Source of the DNA: an uncultured Gammaproteobacteria bacterium
Lineage (GTDB): Bacteria > Pseudomonadota > Gammaproteobacteria > Steroidobacterales > UBA11654
Assembly: GCA_964008355.1 (NCBI GenBank)
Contig: CAXGBD010000002.1
Coordinates: forward strand, 1 to 44,928
DNA length: 44,928 nucleotides
Direction of reading: 5' to 3'
Shown here: positions 1-8,347 of the stretch, one piece after another
Layout of the letters: each line of letters opens with the position of its first letter
How positions within the stretch are numbered: the first letter of the stretch is position 1
Notes under the pieces: model-generated
What the model was told of the DNA's origin: nothing
Seen by the model: only the letters and a program-made list of their open reading frames with translations
Database searches by the model: none
Translations under genes and position numbers: made by a program

Positions 1-12
1 ATTAGTTAAGGC

Positions 13-41
13 AAAAAAAAACAGAGCCAAGGCTCTGTTTT
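13..41. terminator. Rho-independent hairpin terminator, usable in both directions
   Basis: A8 run, stem CAGAGC, loop CAAG, stem GCTCTG, then a T-run. On the minus strand the hairpin is followed by T9 and lies directly after the TAG of the 42..215 frame. Confidence 0.7.
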
Positions 42-215
42 CTAAGTCGAGTCCTTCGGGTGTCTGAAGTGAGATTTCTTCTTCAGCCCCTTGCTCGCTA
101 TCTCTTCGAGCTTGGTGGGAATCTGCCTTTGTTTTTGCGCTTCTCCAGCTGATTCGCTTTCACCCTTTAGGTCTCTTTCTCTTTTTGACTCTTTCTTTCG
201 CTTCCTATAGTTCAC
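42..215 (-). CDS. Tentative small Lys/Arg/Glu-rich protein (57 codons, GTG start), or a non-coding transcript
   Basis: Below the ORF-track cutoff. Hand translation of the minus strand gives VNYRKRKKESKRERDLKGESESAGEAQKQRQIPTKLEEIASKGLKKKSHFRHPKDST*. The TAG at 44..42 is followed at once by the 13..41 terminator. The segment has strong purine skew and higher GC than the AT-rich 216..590 spacer. Against it: no ATG, no clear Shine-Dalgarno, and an in-frame TAA at 251..249 limits the frame. Confidence 0.25.
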   Translation of the reverse strand: MNYRKRKKESKRERDLKGESESAGEAQKQRQIPTKLEEIASKGLKKKSHFRHPKDST

Positions 216-591
216 TTCTGAATCGGTCTTTAAGAGATGGTTGAAATATTACGTAAGACTGAATTTTTTTCAAGATTTTTTTATAAAAAAATAATAAATA
301 ATTTTGGTTATTTTTTGATGTCCTATTAATCAAAGATATTTAGATTAATAAGCATATATAAGCTATTGAATATTCAATAAAAATAAAATACTAGATAATG
401 ATTATTTGTCCTATTCCAATTGTGTGATAATTAGAATACTTCTTTTCTAGTTTACTCATCTTGCGCAAAACTAATTATTATTGAGATCAATTACTTTTTT
501 TTACTCAGTTGAAAGTCTTGATTTTACTAAAGGCTCCAATTTGAATTTGTTAAAAATAGATCAATTTAACATACTAAAGAAAATCAAGAAT

Positions 592-1368
592 ATGAACTCT
601 AATAATCAAGTAACAATCGATCTCAATGCGGATCTGGGTGAATTTCAAACCAATACTCAGTATTCAAATGAACTACAAATGTTAAACCATGTGAGTTCGG
701 GTAACATCGCTTGTGGTGGCCATGCTGGCAACGATGAGAGCATGAAAAAAATCATTGTTGCTTGTCAGAAAAATAAAATATCCATTGGTGCACACCCCTC
801 CTATCCAGACCAGATCAGTTTTGGCAGACGCACAATTGAGATTACGGAATCTAAACTAAAGGAGTCATTGACTCATCAAATCAATAGGCTCTTAGATTTA
901 TCAAAGGAGCTCAATACCAAACTAACCCATGTGAAAGCACATGGAGCTCTTTATCATGATGTGTCAACTATTAACAATGTTGCAGCACTCTTTGTTGATG
1001 TCATCAATCAAATTGATCCAAATCTATATATTTTGGGGCCACCAGGTTCGGCGATAGAGAGTGTCGTAGAAGAGCATAGGATGCATTTCATCTGCGAAGC
1101 TTTTCTAGACAGACGATATAGTGACAGTGGGTTTCTACTTAATCGGAGTCTGCAGGGAGCTATTTTAGAAAATATATCAGAGCGTTGTGAGCAAGCAGTA
1201 AATATTGTTTGTCATCATAAAGTGCAAACAGAAACTGGAGGTTTTTTCAATCTTAAAGCTGAGACACTGTGTCTTCATAGTGACAGTCCCAATGCAGTTA
1301 AAACGGCAGCCAGGGTCTGTTCAGAACTTGCAAAAGTAAACATTACAATTCAAAGCTTTGTTGAATGA
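592..1368 (+). CDS. pxpA: 5-oxoprolinase subunit A (LamB/YcsF family)
   Basis: Family motifs DLNADLGE and ACGGHAGN. ATG 592 (MNSNNQVTIDLNADLGE) is preferred over the TTG at 481 of the track ORF. The stop overlaps the next start (ATGA at 1365..1368). Confidence 0.85.
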   Translation: MNSNNQVTIDLNADLGEFQTNTQYSNELQMLNHVSSGNIACGGHAGNDESMKKIIVACQKNKISIGAHPSYPDQISFGRRTIEITESKLKESLTHQINRLLDLSKELNTKLTHVKAHGALYHDVSTINNVAALFVDVINQIDPNLYILGPPGSAIESVVEEHRMHFICEAFLDRRYSDSGFLLNRSLQGAILENISERCEQAVNIVCHHKVQTETGGFFNLKAETLCLHSDSPNAVKTAARVCSELAKVNITIQSFVE

Positions 1369-2069
1369 AAAAAATTGTTAACCCACCAATTATCCACTAC
1401 GGTGACGATGCCTTATTGGTAAAAATTCAACACTTAGCATTAACCTGTAAACCGAACGAATATGCTCTTGCACTGTTGGCCTATCTAAGAGCATCCAACA
1501 ATGACTGGATCGATGTCGTTCCCGCTGAAGAAAGTCTCGCGGTTAGATACAGCCCCTTTAGATTGTCTGCTAAAGAAGCGTACAGCAACTTGGAAAAACA
1601 GATTGATGAATTCGACTACCAGCCGTTAACGCAAAACAATCAATTAATTCATATTCCTGTTTGTTACCACGATAAATTTGCACCAGATATGCACACTGTA
1701 ACCCAGCAGAAAGTATTGAGTAGGGAAGAGGTCATCAAGATCCATAGCAGCATTACATATCAAGTAACCATGATTGGATTTACACCCGGGTTTTCCTATC
1801 TTGGTGAATTGCCGGAGCAGTTATTCATGCCGCGTCTTGCTGTTCCAAAATTGCATTTATTACCAGGATCAATCGGTATTTCAGGATATAGAACAGGAAT
1901 TTATCCCCTCGGAGGACCTGGAGGGTGGCAAATTATTGGGTGCACACCAATGAAATTATTTGATTCAGAATTAAACAATCCATTTAAGTTATCGACTGGC
2001 ATGACCATTAAATTCTCAGCGATATCGATTGAACAATTTCAAGACCATCAAAATCAAGTGACCAGATGA
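1365..2069 (+). CDS. pxpB: 5-oxoprolinase subunit B (KipI / allophanate hydrolase subunit 1-like)
   Basis: 234 aa with the GFTPGFSYLG and GGWQIIG motifs typical of the KipI/PxpB family. ATGA overlaps link it to both neighbours. Confidence 0.8.
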   Translation: MKKIVNPPIIHYGDDALLVKIQHLALTCKPNEYALALLAYLRASNNDWIDVVPAEESLAVRYSPFRLSAKEAYSNLEKQIDEFDYQPLTQNNQLIHIPVCYHDKFAPDMHTVTQQKVLSREEVIKIHSSITYQVTMIGFTPGFSYLGELPEQLFMPRLAVPKLHLLPGSIGISGYRTGIYPLGGPGGWQIIGCTPMKLFDSELNNPFKLSTGMTIKFSAISIEQFQDHQNQVTR

Positions 2070-3001
2070 GCATCGAAGTAATCACACCAGGACTGCAAAC
2101 CACGATTCAAGATGAGGGTCGAAGTGGCTGGCGTCATATGGGGGTTCCACAATCTGGTGCTGCAGACCTTTTCTCTTGTAAGGCTGCCAATTATTTGCTT
2201 GGGAAAGCATGTGATTCTGCAGTGATAGAATGCACACTCACAGGACCCAGATTATCTTTTCTAAAAGAGATGCAAATTTTAATCACAGGGTCTGACATGA
2301 ATCCTAAGATCAATGACAAGCAACTCGATATGTATAAACCCTACAGTGTTAATGTTGGAGATGAGCTGGTGATGAGTGCTTGTTCTTATGGATGTCGTAG
2401 TTATATAGCTTTCTCTGATGATTTAGTGTGCAACCCAATAATGGGTAGCCAGTCAACCTATCTGCCTGCTAATTTTGGCGGTTTCAATGGGAAAATTCTG
2501 CAGAAAGGAGACATCATTCAGACCATAAGCTCGCCTAATCTCACAAGTAAACTTCAGGATTCTGCTGAGATTACAGGTCAGGATTTTACTAATCAATGGT
2601 GTCTCAAAGCAATTCCGGGACCAGAGTTTGAAGTTCTGGATCAATCTTCACAAACCCTTTTGTTTTCTGAAACTTTTAAGGTATCCAACGATTCAGATCG
2701 CATGGGGAGTCGCTTAATTGGTAAGAATCTAAATGTTAAAACAACCGATCATATGACAAGTGGACCACTGTTTCCTGGTACCCTTCAATGCCCTAAGGAT
2801 GGATCTCCAATATTATTGGGTTCAGACGCCCAAACGCTGGGTGGCTACCCGAGATTGATTCAAGTTCCACTTTTCAATCAACATTTAATCGGTCAACTAA
2901 GACCGGGTGACTCTATAGAATTTAGAAGAATTTCAAATGAGGAAGCTGTTGAAGAGTTAAAACAACAAGCATTATCATTTCCCTTTATTGCTAATATATA
3001 A
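2066..3001 (+). CDS. pxpC: 5-oxoprolinase subunit C (KipA / allophanate hydrolase subunit 2-like)
   Basis: 311 aa starting IEVITPGLQTTIQDEGR, followed by GVPQSGAAD and DAQTLGGYP motifs of the KipA/PxpC family. It completes a pxpA-B-C operon. Confidence 0.8.
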   Translation: MSIEVITPGLQTTIQDEGRSGWRHMGVPQSGAADLFSCKAANYLLGKACDSAVIECTLTGPRLSFLKEMQILITGSDMNPKINDKQLDMYKPYSVNVGDELVMSACSYGCRSYIAFSDDLVCNPIMGSQSTYLPANFGGFNGKILQKGDIIQTISSPNLTSKLQDSAEITGQDFTNQWCLKAIPGPEFEVLDQSSQTLLFSETFKVSNDSDRMGSRLIGKNLNVKTTDHMTSGPLFPGTLQCPKDGSPILLGSDAQTLGGYPRLIQVPLFNQHLIGQLRPGDSIEFRRISNEEAVEELKQQALSFPFIANI

Positions 3002-3020
3002 TGCATGCAGTTTCAAAGTT

Positions 3021-3097
3021 GCGCCTGTAGCTCAGTTGGATAGAGTACCTGGCTTCGAACCAGGTGGTCGGGGGTTCGAATCCCTCCAGGCGCGCCA
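3021..3097 (+). tRNA. tRNA-Arg (anticodon TCG)
   Basis: 77-nt cloverleaf. Acceptor stem GCGCCTG/CAGGCGC, D-arm GCTCAGTTGGATAGAGT, anticodon stem CCTGG/CCAGG with loop CTTCGAA, T-arm GGGGGTTCGAATCCCTC, discriminator G and an encoded CCA. Confidence 0.93.
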
Positions 3098-3112
3098 CCA
3101 ATTTGAATCAAA

Positions 3113-3904
3113 TTACCAGGGGATTGGTGTGCCATCACAATTGACAAAAAATGGTTCACTATCCAATGTCAGATGATCTATATATCGAATCATCTGTGTC
3201 ACTGATTCCAGAGTCGTAATCATTGGAATCTTTCCTTCTAGAATCATTTGTATCAGTATGACGGGGACAATTTTTGTTAAATGTTCAGGGATGGGATCAC
3301 CCAGTTTTAGATCTAGAAAACCTCGAGTATCGACTAAGCCAGGATTAATGAGGGAAACCATAATTTTTTCAGACTTCAATTCATGATAAAGGTTATGTGC
3401 TGCCAAATGAAGTGCGGCTTTGCTGGCTCTATAGGAATACAGCGTAACTGGGGGTGCTATCTGACCATTAGATCCGGCTGCGCTAGCCAGGAATACAATT
3501 TTTTTCATATTCCCTAGTCGGATATTCTCAATTAATTTTTCTGTGACACGAATGGGACCTATGGCATTCACTTCAAAGCTTTTTGTGAACATTTTATAAT
3601 CAATTTGTCCAAATTTTTGGGGATCCGGTGGCCCAAGATAAGCGGCATTGTTGATCAATAAATCGATAGGTTTTTCTTTTAATTGAGCAGCCAGATCATT
3701 AACACTTTCATCTTGGGTTATATCCAGTGATTTTAGTGTAAGATTAGAGTGATCCTTTTCCAGTTGGATCAAATCATCCGCTGCCTCCGGATTTCGACAG
3801 GTTGCGATTACTTCCCAATCAATCAAAAGATATTGTTTGACAAATTCAAGTCCAATGCCTCGATTGGAACCGGTGATTAAAACTGTTCTGTCTACATCAG
3901 TCAT
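3113..3904 (-). CDS. Short-chain dehydrogenase/reductase (SDR)
   Basis: N-terminal TGSNRGIG dinucleotide-binding motif, NNAA, and the catalytic YxxxK (YSYRASK). ATG 3904 (MTDVDRTVLITG) follows a GGAG site. The longer track ORF would overlap the upstream Rieske gene. Confidence 0.85.
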   Translation of the reverse strand: MTDVDRTVLITGSNRGIGLEFVKQYLLIDWEVIATCRNPEAADDLIQLEKDHSNLTLKSLDITQDESVNDLAAQLKEKPIDLLINNAAYLGPPDPQKFGQIDYKMFTKSFEVNAIGPIRVTEKLIENIRLGNMKKIVFLASAAGSNGQIAPPVTLYSYRASKAALHLAAHNLYHELKSEKIMVSLINPGLVDTRGFLDLKLGDPIPEHLTKIVPVILIQMILEGKIPMITTLESVTQMIRYIDHLTLDSEPFFVNCDGTPIPW

Positions 3905-3914
3905 CGATACTCCT

Positions 3915-5030
3915 CTATAGTCTTGGAATTTCAGGATATGACCACCCTTCTGGGTTGGCTTTTCTTGCAACAGAAGGGACAACACAGTAGTTGTTATTGG
4001 CAATCATTTCTCGCCATTTTTTTTGATCAATTTGCCAGCCTTTTGCTTTCATTTCATGCATTATTTCCCAGTAAACTTTTATAATTGTGTCTTCGTGAAG
4101 ACCGACAATAGGTGACATACCATCGGGACCACCCTTAGGCACTTGGGCTTCAGCAATATCCTTGTCTTCAAAAATGTTCTTCAAATTTCTCTCAAGTGCT
4201 ATAGGGTCATTTTCTTTTTCAGTCATAAAATTTCTAAAGAAATAATAGCGCATCATTGTGCTTGTTTCATCTATCGGTGTTGAGAATTCATAAAAGCAAT
4301 TGAATGTTCCAGAGCCCATTGCACCAATTTCCACTTCACCTCGGAGTGTTTGTCCAGCTAAAAAATATTTTAAAACAGATTTAACTTGTGTTCCTTTCTC
4401 TCTAATATTTTTCCATTCACCTTTGCTATAGGTTGATTCGGTATGAATAAATGCAGTCAGCCCATAATCAGTTCTCCTGACTTCGTGAGGGGGTGGTTGA
4501 ACTGGGTTTTCTTGATCTAGAAATGATATGCCATGAACAATTGGAAGATGAACATAGTCTAAGTTACTGAACTTTGCCAAATGAAAATTAGATTCAAAAA
4601 CGACATCATATTCAACATAGGTATAACTTGGATCGTCGAGTTCCGGAATGTCAAAAATTGGTACCGCCTGTTCAGGTTGATCCCCTAGAAAAGTCCAGAT
4701 CAATCCATGTTTATCTACTGCGGGATAGTGATCAATTTTGGCTTCAGGGGTTACTTTTTCAGAATCATCACTACCGATAGAAGGTATTTTTCTACAGCGT
4801 CCCTTGTTGTCATATTGCCAGCCATGGAAAGGACACACTATCATCCCTTCCTCGCTACACGAACCATCTGACAAACTCGAGCCTCTGTGTGGACAAACAT
4901 TACTCAGACAGGCTGGGTTGCCTGCTTTATCTCTAAATAAAACAAAATCAGAACCGAGCATTTTCACATACAGAGGCTGATCCTTTAAATCACTGCTTCG
5001 TGCTGCCACATACCAAAGATTGGTGTACAT
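3915..5030 (-). CDS. Rieske [2Fe-2S] non-heme-iron oxygenase, alpha-only VanA/PaO-like type (subfamily A)
   Basis: Rieske motif CPHRG...CPFHGW and mononuclear-iron motif DYVHLPIVH (D-x2-H-x4-H). 371 aa with no adjacent beta subunit. Confidence 0.85.
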   Translation of the reverse strand: MYTNLWYVAARSSDLKDQPLYVKMLGSDFVLFRDKAGNPACLSNVCPHRGSSLSDGSCSEEGMIVCPFHGWQYDNKGRCRKIPSIGSDDSEKVTPEAKIDHYPAVDKHGLIWTFLGDQPEQAVPIFDIPELDDPSYTYVEYDVVFESNFHLAKFSNLDYVHLPIVHGISFLDQENPVQPPPHEVRRTDYGLTAFIHTESTYSKGEWKNIREKGTQVKSVLKYFLAGQTLRGEVEIGAMGSGTFNCFYEFSTPIDETSTMMRYYFFRNFMTEKENDPIALERNLKNIFEDKDIAEAQVPKGGPDGMSPIVGLHEDTIIKVYWEIMHEMKAKGWQIDQKKWREMIANNNYCVVPSVARKANPEGWSYPEIPRL

Positions 5031-5136
5031 CGTCTTAATCGTTATCTATATTAATTAACTGGTGATCATATTTTGTAGGACGATCACTCATCTACATATA
5101 ATGGTAGTATAGCAATCAATAAAAATGAAATGAGTT

Positions 5137-6447
5137 ATGAATAAAAGTTTTTCATCTGATGAATCTAGAAAACTAGGCCCTATATTATTGATGCCCGGTA
5201 TTAGTAGGGTCAGCGCTATTAGTTTCTTTCCAGTAGCAATGTTAAATACCTCGGTATTTGCTTTTATGAATTTCATGCAACCCTATGTCCTAGAAGAGCA
5301 TCTTGGGATTGCAAGAAACATACAAGGGGCTGTTGTTGGTTCAATTAGCACAATGCAGGAATTAATAATTATATTATTAACTGCTTTCATGGGAGCATTG
5401 GCTGATAAGGTCGGAAGACGACCCATTTTTTCAATAGGCCTCTTATTGATGGCGCTTGCTTATTTACTGTTTCCCCTATCCACTGAGTTTTACCATCTCT
5501 ATCTCATTCGAGCCATTTTTGCTGTAGGAGTATCTGCCGCTTCAACTATACTGCTGGTTTATACAGGCGATTATCCTCAAGAACGTTCAAGGGCAAAATG
5601 GAATGGTTTCATGGGTTTATTCCAGGGAATAGGAGTGATGGCAACGTCGTTAGTCTTAACAAAAATGCCAATGGTTTTCAAAGCAAGGGGGTTTGATCCT
5701 ATTGATGCTGGAACCTATACCTTTTGGATAGCGACCATTATTTGCTTATTAGCATCCCTGATAGTTTTTACTTTATTGAAACCAGGATTGAAGACAATAA
5801 AAATTCAGAAGCCCAAACTGGGTTTATTGATAAAGGAGGGTTATACAGCTGCTAAAAAAGATTCTAGAGTCAGATTAGCCTTCATTGCTTCTCTGGCTGC
5901 TAGGGGTGATATTTTTGTGGTAGGAGCCTTTACATTTTTGTGGATGACTCGTTTTGCCATAGATAATGGCATGACCATTGACGAGGGTTATGCCCGTGGA
6001 GCGATCATTGTGCCCATCATAGCTGGCACGGTAGTAATTACCGCCCCCTTATTTGGTTTCCTGTTTGATCGATTGCATAGACTTTATGGAGTCATGATTG
6101 CATTTACACTGTCATCCTCAGGTTATTTAATGATGGGTCTCGTTGATGATCCGATGTCATCCTCAATAATACCGACAGCCATTTTCTTGGGCATGGGTGA
6201 AGGCGCATCGATTATTTCTTCGACATCTTTGATGGGGAAAACAGCTCCGGCAGCAATTAGAGGAACGCTTTTTGGTGCTTTTGCAATGTGTGGTGCCATT
6301 GGTCAAATTATTGCCGGTGGAGCGGGTGGTTTTTTGTTTGATTATATTTATACAGGTCCATTTTTACTCATGGCCTGTCTAAATTTTCTTGTTTTGCTCG
6401 TGGCCATCTATACATGGGTTTCTCGAAAGAAAAATAACTTAGAATAA
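5137..6447 (+). CDS. MFS transporter (type X, paralogue of 19734..21068)
   Basis: About 12 hydrophobic segments and an ADKVGRRP loop motif. The N-terminus GPILLMPGISR is shared with the 19734..21068 product. Confidence 0.8.
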   Translation: MNKSFSSDESRKLGPILLMPGISRVSAISFFPVAMLNTSVFAFMNFMQPYVLEEHLGIARNIQGAVVGSISTMQELIIILLTAFMGALADKVGRRPIFSIGLLLMALAYLLFPLSTEFYHLYLIRAIFAVGVSAASTILLVYTGDYPQERSRAKWNGFMGLFQGIGVMATSLVLTKMPMVFKARGFDPIDAGTYTFWIATIICLLASLIVFTLLKPGLKTIKIQKPKLGLLIKEGYTAAKKDSRVRLAFIASLAARGDIFVVGAFTFLWMTRFAIDNGMTIDEGYARGAIIVPIIAGTVVITAPLFGFLFDRLHRLYGVMIAFTLSSSGYLMMGLVDDPMSSSIIPTAIFLGMGEGASIISSTSLMGKTAPAAIRGTLFGAFAMCGAIGQIIAGGAGGFLFDYIYTGPFLLMACLNFLVLLVAIYTWVSRKKNNLE

Positions 6448-6534
6448 AGTTCAAATTACAATTTAATTGTTTTTCCTTTTCCCAATTTCATTTTTAATGC
6501 ATGATAAAAAGCTAATACATATTGGAGGTTACAC

Positions 6535-7098
6535 ATGAGTAATGCACATCCTTGGCTGGAACAAATACCTTGGACAACCAAAGCATTGCCTAGAGACATG
6601 TTGGAGCATCGTATTCAGAGAGCTCTTACATTGAGCAATCTTGGAATGTTGGGCACACTAGGTTTACATGGACCAATAGTGAGTCCGTTGGAGTTCTATG
6701 CAGATAAATTCACCGTTTATATTTTCCCCCAACCTGGCAGCCCAAAGCTTAAAGCCATGCAGAGAGATCCAAGGGTTTCATTTGCAGTGGCAAACCCCAT
6801 GGCTGGATGGGTGGTGGCTCAGGGTGCACAATTGTTTGGCAAGGCAGAATTATTGGATCCTGGCACAGCAGATTGGGAGTATGGTATGACTATTTTTAGA
6901 TGGCAGGCATCGTCGGCAGAGATTGGGTTCGGATTTGATCAACCGCCTCAAGGAATTCTTATGAAATTAGATCCTGATCGGATTGTCTATACCGAGCATT
7001 TTCTTAGAAAAGACGGTTATGGGCCTCGGCAAATATGGCGTAAGGATGAGAAGGCAGAACAAGCTTCTGATGGTTTAACAGAATCAGAAAATACCTAA
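6535..7098 (+). CDS. Pyridoxamine 5'-phosphate oxidase-like split-barrel flavoprotein (FMN- or possibly F420-binding)
   Basis: 187 aa, GGAGG ribosome-binding site, and the pattern GMLGT..GPIVSPLEFY...KLKAMQRDPRVSFAV typical of PNPOx-like proteins. Confidence 0.6.
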   Translation: MSNAHPWLEQIPWTTKALPRDMLEHRIQRALTLSNLGMLGTLGLHGPIVSPLEFYADKFTVYIFPQPGSPKLKAMQRDPRVSFAVANPMAGWVVAQGAQLFGKAELLDPGTADWEYGMTIFRWQASSAEIGFGFDQPPQGILMKLDPDRIVYTEHFLRKDGYGPRQIWRKDEKAEQASDGLTESENT

Positions 7099-7115
7099 TT
7101 ATAAAATTAGAAAAT

Positions 7116-8321
7116 TTAAGTATTAGGAGTTTTAACAAATTGGAAGTAGATTCCTAAAACAATTACTGCCAAGGCACCAAAGAAAAAAGGATAGTTTGGA
7201 TTGATATTATAGAGCAGGGCACCAATTGTAGGTCCAAAAATCATGCCTACTACTGGTGCTGCCGATAACAGACCTGCCATTTCTCCTTGTTCATGTTGTT
7301 CAACACTTAAGGTTGCAGCTGAGTTTAATACTGGAGAGATCATGCTAAAAGCAACACCAATGCCGGCAAATGATAAATAATAGTAGTTCAGGTTCTCTAT
7401 GTATGGAATTGACAACAGTACCAATCCAAAAATAAAAAAACTGAGTCGCAATAAGATTTTTACAGGTATATTTATGAGTTGTAAGACTACAGCTTGCATC
7501 AGTGTTGTGGCTAGAGCCATTGAGAGCAACGCAATGCTGGTTGCTTTAATGATTTCATTATAACCCGTAACACCAAGTCGATCTTCAATAAAGAATGCCG
7601 CTATGACTTGTGTTCCAGTAAATACCAAAAATACAACTGCCCAACCAATAAGGTAGGGTATGATTCGCTTGTCATAAAATTTTAAATTGTGATTTTGTAC
7701 TGGTTGAGCCTGCAGTCTTTGATTTGGCTCAATTAAAAACTTCATTGCTAAAAGACCGCCTATGATTGCCAGGGCTGCACCAAAATACAATGGAAATAAG
7801 GGATGAATGAAAGCAAGCCCACCTCCAAGGGCAGGACCAATCATGGTACCAATACCAGACGACATACCAATGAGTGCCATGCCTTGGGTTCTATGTTTAT
7901 CCTCGGTTGAATCTGAGATATAGGCAACCGCAGCGGGTTGGATACCTCCAATAAGACCCCCATAGATTAATCTGATCACAAATAATATGGAAAATAACTG
8001 CCAAGTGGCAAACAATCCCCATAAGCCAAGTTGAATTCCAAATGCAAACAATGCATAAGCTAATGCATAACTGAATAGACCTATAATAAAAACAGGTTTT
8101 CTGCCAATTGACTGACTTTTTTTACCCCAATAAAAGGATGAAAATACCAAAGCCACATTAGAAACGGCAAGCAATATGCCAAATTGATTTGTACTCAGAC
8201 CAATGCTTCGGGATAAAGGAGCAAAAATGATATAGAGCATTGAAAATCCGGCTCCATAAATAATCAAGCCGATAATCAAAATGATTTTGTCTAGACTAAT
8301 CCTAGATTGTCTTTCATTCAT
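7116..8321 (-). CDS. MFS transporter
   Basis: 401 aa, multi-pass hydrophobic protein with a GKKSQSIGRKP loop motif between TM2 and TM3. Confidence 0.8.
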   Translation of the reverse strand: MNERQSRISLDKIILIIGLIIYGAGFSMLYIIFAPLSRSIGLSTNQFGILLAVSNVALVFSSFYWGKKSQSIGRKPVFIIGLFSYALAYALFAFGIQLGLWGLFATWQLFSILFVIRLIYGGLIGGIQPAAVAYISDSTEDKHRTQGMALIGMSSGIGTMIGPALGGGLAFIHPLFPLYFGAALAIIGGLLAMKFLIEPNQRLQAQPVQNHNLKFYDKRIIPYLIGWAVVFLVFTGTQVIAAFFIEDRLGVTGYNEIIKATSIALLSMALATTLMQAVVLQLINIPVKILLRLSFFIFGLVLLSIPYIENLNYYYLSFAGIGVAFSMISPVLNSAATLSVEQHEQGEMAGLLSAAPVVGMIFGPTIGALLYNINPNYPFFFGALAVIVLGIYFQFVKTPNT

Positions 8322-8347
8322 TAGCTGTATTGGAGATTATTATAATA

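Noticed and set aside
481-591. TTG-initiated 37-codon N-terminal extension of pxpA
   Set aside because: The extension is low-complexity and AT-rich and has no counterpart in LamB/YcsF proteins. ATG 592 gives the normal distance to the DLNADLGE motif.
2988-3176. 62-aa ORF on the plus strand
   Set aside because: It is read straight through the tRNA-Arg gene (its peptide contains the translated T-arm and acceptor) and runs antisense into the 3' end of the SDR gene. It is a spurious frame.
3905-4003. Upstream extension of the SDR ORF overlapping the Rieske gene by 89 nt
   Set aside because: The internal ATG 3904 sits right after a GGAG site and directly before the TGxxxGIG motif. The extension is just the antisense-free tail of the neighbouring gene's frame.
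4738-4980. Antisense or embedded ORFs of 60-120 aa inside long genes. This entry stands for 2453..2644, 4738..4980, 6698..6889, 8625..8840, 9436..9702, 9753..9953, 10171..10530, 11045..11290, 12343..12528, 13056..13575, 14522..15109, 15353..15756, 16621..16867, 18602..18790, 19212..19469, 20101..20973, 21723..22098, 24412..24757, 25540..25825, 26846..27085, 27709..28175, 28897..30032, 33956..34898, 36280..37124, 38135..39499 and 40942..41244.
   Set aside because: Each lies wholly within a longer ORF that has clear family motifs. Their products are low-complexity or compositionally odd, and none has a recognisable motif or ribosome-binding site.
5088-5276. ORFs lying across promoter spacers and gene starts (5088..5276, 12001..12228, 22263..22454, 26000..26212, 33575..33805, 36501..36710, 40130..40312)
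   Set aside because: They overlap the starts or upstream regions of well-supported genes on the opposite strand or frame, and they encode AT-rich low-complexity peptides.
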